UHGV virus genome: UHGV-0267581
Length of the DNA stretch: 30,715 nt
Strand: one strand, 5' to 3'
Source of the DNA: a virus
The notes beneath the pieces were generated by a model, which ran no database searches, was not told the origin of the DNA, and saw only the letters and a program-made list of their open reading frames with translations. Both the position numbers and the translations under genes were made by a program. Positions 1-5,971 of the stretch are shown here, one piece after another. The stretch's first letter is position 1. Every line of letters begins with the position of its first letter.

Positions 1-142
1 CTGCTGGTATTTTTTCATTATCGAATCGTAATTATGTGCAGATGATTCGGCAGTCTATATCAGTTGTTAAAAATGACAACTTTTCGTTAACTGTAATTAA
101 ACCATCACCAGCGATAACTCTTTGCCAAGCGCCTTTGCCGCA

Positions 143-177
<35 letters not shown>

Positions 178-251
178 GTTAAATAGGCGAGTAATCTCCT
201 GTTTAGGTTTTCCTAATATCATGTACCCACAATAACAAGAGGGGTACAACA

Positions 252-524
252 ATGAACATCGGTAAAGCAATCATCAACTACGCAGCGCGTCGCAACATGG
301 ACATTACCTTGATTGACGATGAGACCGTGGCGTTCTGGGAAGCGGATAACGATTGTGAATGGATGTTCTCCTACATGATTGGTAATGATGGTTTCCTCCA
401 CTTTAAAGGCAATGTGTATCTGCCGCAGGATATTAAAGAAGAATTACCAGCGTGCATCGATACAGACAAGAAGCTGAAAGAAGTAATCAACTTTATCGCT
501 AAAGAGTTTACCAGCAAGAAGTAA
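252..524 (+). CDS. hypothetical protein (90 aa)
   Basis: ORF with ATG start and an AGAGGGG Shine-Dalgarno-like motif about 9 nt upstream; its stop overlaps the next start (TAATG). No motif recognised. Confidence 0.5.
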   Translation: MNIGKAIINYAARRNMDITLIDDETVAFWEADNDCEWMFSYMIGNDGFLHFKGNVYLPQDIKEELPACIDTDKKLKEVINFIAKEFTSKK

Positions 525-961
525 TGTCTAATTTGGCGGGTACTATTCCCGCCGATTTAAACGGAATACAGACAATGTTCAATATTATGATTCGTAAATT
601 TGGTGAGATGACTTTCGAGAAAGCTGGTGTTGCTCGTACCGAAGAAGAAGCAATGGCCTTAGTTCTGGTAGCACTGAGATCATCTCCTGAGATTATCGAC
701 GCTGAATATGTTGCGGCTGAGGGTGAGATTAAAGAGATTAAAGCGGTGGCTAAGGAATTAGGTGTTAAAGATTTTCGTAAGCTGAGATTGACTCGTGAGA
801 CTTATGTAATTGGACAGCAAGGACAATACCTAGATGAGAATACCGTGATTGTTCTACTGAATAAGATTACCCGCTACGGTTGGAAGATTGAGCAATATAA
901 AACGTGTTTCGAATTATACGAAAAAGGTTTGCTGGATACTCTGACCATCGTTCGCGCTTAA
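524..961 (+). CDS. hypothetical protein (145 aa)
   Basis: ORF translationally coupled to the upstream ORF (TAATG overlap). Its first codons are encoded by hairpin element copy 1. No motif recognised. Confidence 0.5.
   Translation: MSNLAGTIPADLNGIQTMFNIMIRKFGEMTFEKAGVARTEEEAMALVLVALRSSPEIIDAEYVAAEGEIKEIKAVAKELGVKDFRKLRLTRETYVIGQQGQYLDENTVIVLLNKITRYGWKIEQYKTCFELYEKGLLDTLTIVRA
527..562 (+). repeat. conserved hairpin element, copy 1 (TCTAATTTGG / GGCGGG-TACTATT-CCCGCC / GATTTAAAC)
   Basis: 6-bp GC stem with 7-nt loop and conserved flanks, read directly. A second copy at 968-1005 has compensatory stem changes. Confidence 0.6.
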
Positions 962-967
962 TTAATT

Positions 968-1005
968 TCTAATTTGGTGGGTGCAATTCCCACCGCTTTT
1001 TAAAC
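968..1005 (+). repeat. conserved hairpin element, copy 2 (TCTAATTTGG / GGTGGG-TGCAATT-CCCACC / GCTTTTTAAAC)
   Basis: Same flanks and geometry as copy 1; stem differs by paired substitutions (C to T on the left arm, G to A on the right) that preserve pairing. Lies immediately after the stop of ORF 524-961. Confidence 0.6.
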
Positions 1006-1018
1006 TGGAGAATCAAAC

Positions 1019-1099
1019 ATGTTAGCTTTTATCTCATTCGTGGGAGGTAGTCTCACAACTATGATTAGTCTTTCTTATATTGTCGTTAGTATGGGGTGA
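1019..1099 (+). CDS. possible small hydrophobic peptide (26 aa, MLAFISFVGGSLTTMISLSYIVVSMG)
   Basis: Short ORF with GGAGA 7 nt upstream of ATG; hydrophobic composition. Hand-translated; below the size cut-off of the ORF track. Confidence 0.25.
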   Translation: MLAFISFVGGSLTTMISLSYIVVSMG

Positions 1100-1102
1100 G
1101 CA

Positions 1103-1228
1103 ATGAAACAATTTCATGATGGCATTTCATCTAAGACATTCAAGAAAGAATATAGCGGCTTGTGTATTGACTGGATGGATTTGATTGGCGCGGTTGTGTT
1201 TGGTCTGATTATTAGTATTAACTTTTAA
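1103..1228 (+). CDS. possible small membrane peptide (41 aa, C-terminal hydrophobic helix)
   Basis: Short ORF starting 4 nt after the previous peptide's stop; hydrophobic stretch LIGAVVFGLIISI. Weak SD. Hand-translated. Confidence 0.25.
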   Translation: MKQFHDGISSKTFKKEYSGLCIDWMDLIGAVVFGLIISINF

Positions 1229-1273
1229 CGATATAAATATATCGTAATTCAAACAACAAGAGGAAGTTCTACT

Positions 1274-1687
1274 ATGAAAAAGATTATCGCTGGTGTTGTT
1301 CTTGCTCTGGGTTTGGTTGGTGCTGCGAATGCTAATACCTATTATGTGTGTAATTCCTACTTCGAACATAAAGGAGATGATACACAATATCTTCGTGATG
1401 GCGACCGTTATTATCATGCGCCGTCTGGCAAATACCGTGGTTTTATCGGTGTAAAGGTTCGAGTGAATGATGATAATAGTCAATTTGCTTTCAACGATCC
1501 GGTATTTGATAAAACAATCAAAAGCCCAAAACTGAAAGAAGATAAGAACGAGAAAGAAGAATATTATGGTTCCGAAGATGGTAAATCCTACATCAAATAT
1601 CTGCATTCTGTAGATGGCGCGCCTATATTTGATGTTAAAAAAGGTGATACGTCTTATTCCCTGATTAGCTGCCGTGAAATTCTTTAA
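1274..1687 (+). CDS. secreted protein with N-terminal signal peptide (137 aa), function unknown
   Basis: AGAGGAAG SD upstream of ATG; N-terminus MKKIIAGVVLALGLVGAANA has a basic n-region, hydrophobic core and AxA cleavage motif; followed by a terminator. Confidence 0.65.
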   Translation: MKKIIAGVVLALGLVGAANANTYYVCNSYFEHKGDDTQYLRDGDRYYHAPSGKYRGFIGVKVRVNDDNSQFAFNDPVFDKTIKSPKLKEDKNEKEEYYGSEDGKSYIKYLHSVDGAPIFDVKKGDTSYSLISCREIL

Positions 1688-1702
1688 TCTTTAATCACCT
1701 AG

Positions 1703-1740
1703 CCCCTATCGTTATAATACGCGGTAGGGGCGTTTTGTTT
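1703..1740 (+). terminator. rho-independent terminator-like hairpin (imperfect dyad around TTATAATA) plus T-tract
   Basis: CCCCTATCG ... CGGTAGGGG stem with one wobble, followed by CGTTTTGTTT. Also a candidate recombinase site because of its dyad symmetry. Confidence 0.5.
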
Positions 1741-1749
1741 GGAAATGGT

Positions 1750-3429
1750 ATGAAAACTAAACTGTATTCGTATATTCGCTTCTCGTCTATGCGTCAGAAT
1801 GATGGTTCGAGTTATGAACGACAAATCAGGATGGCTAGAGAGATTGCGGTAAAGTATGACCTTGAACTGGTAAATGATTATCAGGATCTGGGTGTATCTG
1901 CGTTTAAGGGTGCTAACTCCAAAACAGGGGCGCTATCTCGTTTCCTTGATGCAATAGGTAGATCCGTTCCTGTTGGTAGCTGGCTATTCATCGAAAACTT
2001 GGACCGTTTATCCCGTGCCGATATTGTCAGTGCGCAGGAGTTATTCCTTTCAATCATCCGTAGGGGGATAACCATTGTTACTGGCATGGATAACAAGATC
2101 TACTCGCTGGATACTGTTACCGCTAACCCGATGGACCTGATGTTCTCCATCCTTTTATTCATCCGTGGTAATGAGGAAAGCCAGACTAAGCGCAATCGTA
2201 CTAACTCAAGCGCACTGATTAAGATTAAAGCTCATCAAGAAAATCCACAAAATCCGGCTGTTGCAATCGAGGAAATTGGAAAGAATATGTGGTGGACTGA
2301 TACCACATCTGGTTATGTGCTTCCTCATCCGGTCTTCTTCCCTATTGTTCAGGAAGTTGTGGAATTACGCAGGAATGGACGGTCAACCGCCGAGATACTG
2401 GATCACCTTAACGCGACATACACACCACCACCAGCCGCAAGTCACAAGAGGCATTCAAACTGGTCACGGGCAATGATTGAAAGGTTGTTCCATACCCGCG
2501 CTTTGATTGGTATCAAGGAAATCTCTGTAGATGGCGTTAAGTATGAGTTAAAGGATTATTATCCTCGTGTGCTAGATGACGCTGAGTTTTATCACCTTAA
2601 GAAAAGCATTGGTGTTAGAGCATGTAACTTTGGAGACAAAGAAGAAGTTAAACCTATTCCCTTGCTTAGTGGTGTTGGTCTATTGAAATGTGAACATTGC
2701 GGTTCCGCTATGGTTAAGGTGAAAGGAACAAACAGACGGCCTAACCAATATCGTTATTCATGCGATGCAATGCGCTCTAGTCGTATTGAATGTGTGCATA
2801 CAAACTGGAGTTTTCGCGGCGACCAATTAGAGAAAGCTGTATTGCAATTGCTGGCTGATAAAATCTGGATTGCTGAAGATAAGGCTAATCCGGTTCCGGC
2901 TTTGAAAGTACAGATTGATGAAATATCACGCAAGATTGATAACCTGATTACCCTTTCTGCTATGACAGGAGCAACGAAGGAGCTAGCCGATCAGATTACT
3001 ACCCTCAATAGCGAGCGTGAAACACTCTACAATCAAATTAAGATGGCAGAAGAGGAAATGTATTCTGTTGACTCTCAAGGCTGGGAGAAGCTCGCAGAAT
3101 TTGATTTAGAAGATGTTTACAACGAGGATCGCATTAAGGTCCGGTTTAAGATTAAGCAAGCTCTAAAACGGATCGGGTGTAGCAGGATTGACAAGTACAA
3201 AAACTTGTTTGTACTGGAATACATCGATGGCAAGACCCAGAGAGTTGTAATAGAAAATTCAAGAGGACCGAGGAAAGGCCGGATCTTCGTTGATTTGAAG
3301 ACTATCAATGATAGGCAGATTCTGGAGAGTAACGGGCTTGTTCTGCATCCATGTTTAGACATGCTGACAGATAAGAACTGGAAACCAGAAGAAGAAATAC
3401 CAGGTCCATTACAAGAATTTGGAATTTAA
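1750..3429 (+). CDS. large serine recombinase (integrase-type; resolvase-like catalytic domain plus zinc ribbon and coiled coil)
   Basis: N-terminal YIRFSSMRQ (catalytic Ser motif) and ENLDRLSRA (resolvase LDRLxR motif); cysteine cluster CEHCG ... YRYSCDA ... ECVH typical of the zinc beta-ribbon of large serine recombinases; heptad-rich C-terminus. ATG at 1750 preferred over the in-frame TTG at 1735. Confidence 0.85.
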   Translation: MKTKLYSYIRFSSMRQNDGSSYERQIRMAREIAVKYDLELVNDYQDLGVSAFKGANSKTGALSRFLDAIGRSVPVGSWLFIENLDRLSRADIVSAQELFLSIIRRGITIVTGMDNKIYSLDTVTANPMDLMFSILLFIRGNEESQTKRNRTNSSALIKIKAHQENPQNPAVAIEEIGKNMWWTDTTSGYVLPHPVFFPIVQEVVELRRNGRSTAEILDHLNATYTPPPAASHKRHSNWSRAMIERLFHTRALIGIKEISVDGVKYELKDYYPRVLDDAEFYHLKKSIGVRACNFGDKEEVKPIPLLSGVGLLKCEHCGSAMVKVKGTNRRPNQYRYSCDAMRSSRIECVHTNWSFRGDQLEKAVLQLLADKIWIAEDKANPVPALKVQIDEISRKIDNLITLSAMTGATKELADQITTLNSERETLYNQIKMAEEEMYSVDSQGWEKLAEFDLEDVYNEDRIKVRFKIKQALKRIGCSRIDKYKNLFVLEYIDGKTQRVVIENSRGPRKGRIFVDLKTINDRQILESNGLVLHPCLDMLTDKNWKPEEEIPGPLQEFGI

Positions 3430-3433
3430 GCTA

Positions 3434-3691
3434 ATGAAGATGATTAAGATTTTAGGTTTGATTTTATCTATGAATTCTTGCCTGGCATTGGCAACCGTAG
3501 ACCAAGAAATGCGTAGACCGCTAACCTATAGAGAAGATGCTTTCATTGATGGAGCACATAAGACATTGAAATTGCTATGTCAAAAGACCACCAGTAATTA
3601 CGGTGAATACAGAAAATGTTATGAGGAATCACTAGACATTTATTCTGATGAGGTGAGAAAGATTTTCATAGAACAAGAAAATAAATCATAG
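3434..3691 (+). CDS. small secreted protein or lipoprotein (about 85 aa), function unknown
   Basis: N-terminus MKMIKILGLILSMNSCLALA looks like a signal peptide with a possible Cys acylation site; start is ambiguous (the ORF opens at 3419, overlapping the recombinase stop). Confidence 0.45.
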   Translation: MKMIKILGLILSMNSCLALATVDQEMRRPLTYREDAFIDGAHKTLKLLCQKTTSNYGEYRKCYEESLDIYSDEVRKIFIEQENKS

Positions 3692-3727
3692 GCGGCCTAA
3701 ATCGCCGTATAACGAACCAAACGCTTT

Positions 3728-3752
3728 AAGGGGTACATCCGTACCCCTTTTT
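3728..3752 (+). terminator. rho-independent terminator (GGGGTAC-ATCC-GTACCCC followed by TTTTT)
   Basis: Perfect 7-bp stem, 4-nt loop and T-run, read directly; ends the plus-strand accessory block. Confidence 0.7.
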
Positions 3753-3933
3753 AATTTAATTGCGTTAGAGAGTCTATAATTGGCTTAAATCAAGCTCTAG
3801 GTCTTCCGGTTCTTTCATTACTTCAACCAGAGACGGATCTACTTCGTCAAAAACGACTTTATCGTCTGCGGTATATTTGTCTATAATGAAAAAATGGTCA
3901 GAAATATAGCTAACGTCGCCAGCATATTCTAAC

Positions 3934-3956
3934 AAAAAAGCGCCCACCAGAGGCGC
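3934..3956 (-). terminator. rho-independent terminator after the endolysin gene
   Basis: GC-rich hairpin (GCGCC ... GGCGC) with a U-tract on the minus strand (A6 at 3934-3939 on the plus strand), 8 nt downstream of the endolysin stop. Confidence 0.6.
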
Positions 3957-3963
3957 TTTTGTT

Positions 3964-4317
3964 TTATCCATTCCACCGTGATTTTTTTGATCTGGAATCG
4001 ATATGCGTAAATGTTTTATATTTTCCTAAGCCGTATTGAGTAGGATATTTCCCATCAAGATAAGCATGAACAATATCAGGTGAGACACCCTTGATAACAA
4101 TGTCAGCCGCACGGCCTCGAACGTGATAGCTATTGGCTGCCCCGCCTACATTCTTGTTATGAGTCGGGCAACGGTTGCCACTGTTAATAATCACTGGTTT
4201 ACCGAAGTGCTCTCGTACATCCTCAAGAATTACCAGTAATTCAGCGTCAATTGTATCATAATCACATTTTCCGCATTTACATTTAAATTCCTTGCGAGAA
4301 AAATGTTTGCTTAACAT
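3964..4317 (-). CDS. endolysin, peptidase M15-type (putative L-alanyl-D-glutamate or D-Ala-D-Ala metallopeptidase)
   Basis: Motif recognition: SGNRCPTHN ... SYHVRGRAADI ... FTHID gives the His/Asp/His zinc-ligand pattern of small phage M15 peptidases. Last gene before the terminator in the lysis cluster. Confidence 0.7.
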   Translation of the reverse strand: MLSKHFSRKEFKCKCGKCDYDTIDAELLVILEDVREHFGKPVIINSGNRCPTHNKNVGGAANSYHVRGRAADIVIKGVSPDIVHAYLDGKYPTQYGLGKYKTFTHIDSRSKKSRWNG

Positions 4318-4326
4318 ATTACCCCC

Positions 4327-4674
4327 TTAGATCATTTCGAAGATATAACCAATAAAGCGCATACCCTTGATATAATAAGGAGCAGTGCCTACACACACCG
4401 CGCGTGCATCGCCCAGACAATTAAAGCTATAAGGATTAACTACATCGACTTCTTGCCCGACACGAAAACGATACTTAGGACGTTTAGCCAATGTAGCGAC
4501 ACAAAACACGGTCCCCTTTTCATGGTCACGGATACATTCTTTATATTGTTTATGTTTAACTCTCTTCGCCTCAAAATCATAAGTCATTGATTCTGGGCTA
4601 ATGCCATTGATAAAAATACCGGAAAGCTGGTCGACCGGATAAGTAGGAAATTCAGTAAAAATATTTTTAGCCAT
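4327..4674 (-). CDS. hypothetical protein (115 aa)
   Basis: ORF in operon context between the basic protein and the endolysin; no motif recognised. Confidence 0.5.
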   Translation of the reverse strand: MAKNIFTEFPTYPVDQLSGIFINGISPESMTYDFEAKRVKHKQYKECIRDHEKGTVFCVATLAKRPKYRFRVGQEVDVVNPYSFNCLGDARAVCVGTAPYYIKGMRFIGYIFEMI

Positions 4675-4712
4675 GTTATACCCCCATAAGATTCTATGAG
4701 GGTATTTATGGA

Positions 4713-5396
4713 TTAAACGTATCTCATGCGCGATTTAATGTGCTTATTAATGTTCTTAAGCATCATTTCCTCGTTGCTTTCCCACGATCCTAGCGTCGAA
4801 TAACGAGTAGAAATTTTATCCGACTTAACGGCAACAATTCGCTTACTCTGTTTCTGGATGCGTTTCTCTAAGCGACGTTTTGCCACCGCCGATCCATTCT
4901 TAGCGCGTTTGGTTCGGGATTTCTTAGGCTTGTACTTCTTCATGATAAAAGTCCCTTCCTTGTTCTCTACCTTGATGAAGTTGCCGTTTTCGAGGTTACG
5001 CATCATCTTACCGCCTTTAATGGCCTTAATGTTCCCGTGGGAGTCTAAGACCTTACCGTTGGCGATTGGCACTAGCTTATTGATTTTGCCACCATCGAAA
5101 TAGTGTTTCAGATAGTCATCCTGACTGCCGATCTTCTTGTCCTTATCCCTTGCGCCCTTGATGAAGATTTGGTGTCTGGTCCCTGATCGGTTCTTGTAGT
5201 TGGTATTACCTACAGCTTGCTGAGTCCAGCGAGTAGGTCTATCAACTTGCTTGTTAATCTTCTTCTGGAGTGCTCTGGAAGCAAAGATCGCCCCTTCCCC
5301 TAACGCCCTTTCGAATGTATCGGTTGCTTTATCAGTCCATTGGCGTAACGCTTTCTTAGTCCTTAGAGCGTTTCGTTTATTGGTACTGATTGCCAT
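4713..5396 (-). CDS. hypothetical highly basic protein (227 aa; Lys/Arg-rich N- and C-terminal thirds)
   Basis: ORF translationally coupled to the upstream small membrane protein (stop and start 1 nt apart); strongly basic composition; no catalytic motif recognised. Confidence 0.55.
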   Translation of the reverse strand: MAISTNKRNALRTKKALRQWTDKATDTFERALGEGAIFASRALQKKINKQVDRPTRWTQQAVGNTNYKNRSGTRHQIFIKGARDKDKKIGSQDDYLKHYFDGGKINKLVPIANGKVLDSHGNIKAIKGGKMMRNLENGNFIKVENKEGTFIMKKYKPKKSRTKRAKNGSAVAKRRLEKRIQKQSKRIVAVKSDKISTRYSTLGSWESNEEMMLKNINKHIKSRMRYV

Positions 5397-5397
5397 G

Positions 5398-5568
5398 TTA
5401 GCCCCCTAATAACGAAAAGACCCCCGCCAGTGTCCTTAGCAATTGTTCATCCACGGTCATAGCCGGGAGTTCAAGCCCAAAGGACGTAAGCAGAGGTCTA
5501 ATTGCTACGTTATAAGTGAGGGCGATAATCAAGAGATAACCAAAATATTTCTTAAGTTTATTCTTCAT
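5398..5568 (-). CDS. small membrane protein (56 aa, one predicted transmembrane helix); lysis-associated candidate
   Basis: Hand-translated ORF with AAGGGGTG SD 5 nt upstream of ATG; sequence MKNKLKKYFGYLLIIALTYNVAIRPLL has a hydrophobic helix; no Cys, so not an o-spanin lipoprotein. Absent from the ORF track (under 60 aa). Confidence 0.45.
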   Translation of the reverse strand: MKNKLKKYFGYLLIIALTYNVAIRPLLTSFGLELPAMTVDEQLLRTLAGVFSLLGG

Positions 5569-5589
5569 ATATTCACCCCTTTATTATTA

Positions 5590-5868
5590 TTATTTTTGTT
5601 TGAGTATGTCGAGAACTTGGTCAAATTTGGCGTCCATCGCAACCACTTTCTTCTCTATACCGTGTAGTGTTTGTTCCATGCGATAAACTCTCTCGGCGAT
5701 CTGGTCATGGTTACTTTGCATCGTCTCAAACTTCTGGTTTAACAATGCGTCGCTGGATTCCAATTTCGACAATCTATTTTCAGTTGCTAATTGATTTCGG
5801 TGAAGTCTCCAAAGACCACCGCAAATTAAGGCGATAACACCGATACCGCCATATATAATTTCAGTCAT
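5590..5868 (-). CDS. membrane-anchored coiled-coil protein (92 aa); candidate holin or i-spanin-like lysis protein
   Basis: N-terminal hydrophobic helix IIYGGIGVIALICGGLW followed by a heptad-rich soluble region; first gene after the tail-tip terminator and upstream of the endolysin. Confidence 0.45.
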   Translation of the reverse strand: MTEIIYGGIGVIALICGGLWRLHRNQLATENRLSKLESSDALLNQKFETMQSNHDQIAERVYRMEQTLHGIEKKVVAMDAKFDQVLDILKQK

Positions 5869-5911
5869 TACGCCCCCGATATTTTTATAATTTCATGGCA
5901 GAATTATTTAG

Positions 5912-5953
5912 ATAAAAATAATCCCGCCTAACTCAAAAGAATTAAGCGGGATT
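5912..5953 (-). terminator. terminator-like hairpin after the J-like gene
   Basis: 8-bp stem AATCCCGC / GCGGGATT with an 18-nt loop and flanking A/T tracts on both strands; the long loop lowers confidence. Confidence 0.4.
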
Positions 5954-5971
5954 TATTATTAAAATTAAATT

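Noticed and set aside
219-401. 60-aa minus-strand ORF and the 61-79 aa ORFs at 2261-2476, 3117-3362, 4858-5103, 9584-9769, 25541-25744, 26343-26702, 26949-27140, 27437-27667
   Set aside because: Short ORFs fully embedded in, or antisense to, longer genes with better support.
1127-1606. 159-aa minus-strand ORF and the 5443-5667 plus-strand ORF
   Set aside because: Antisense to the signal-peptide protein gene and to the small membrane-protein gene respectively; poor composition and no start signals.
1735-1749. TTG start at 1735 for the recombinase, as in the ORF track
   Set aside because: The in-frame ATG at 1750 gives the typical distance to the catalytic-serine motif; the TTG sits inside the upstream terminator T-tract.
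3774-3971. 65-aa minus-strand ORF downstream of the endolysin
   Set aside because: Its first codons are encoded by the endolysin terminator hairpin and it lies beyond that terminator with no SD; probably not expressed, though a short acidic protein cannot be excluded.
5590-5868. Embedded o-spanin (Rz1-like) ORF inside the 92-aa membrane protein gene
   Set aside because: Both alternative frames were translated by hand and are interrupted by stops every few codons, with no lipobox-containing ORF.
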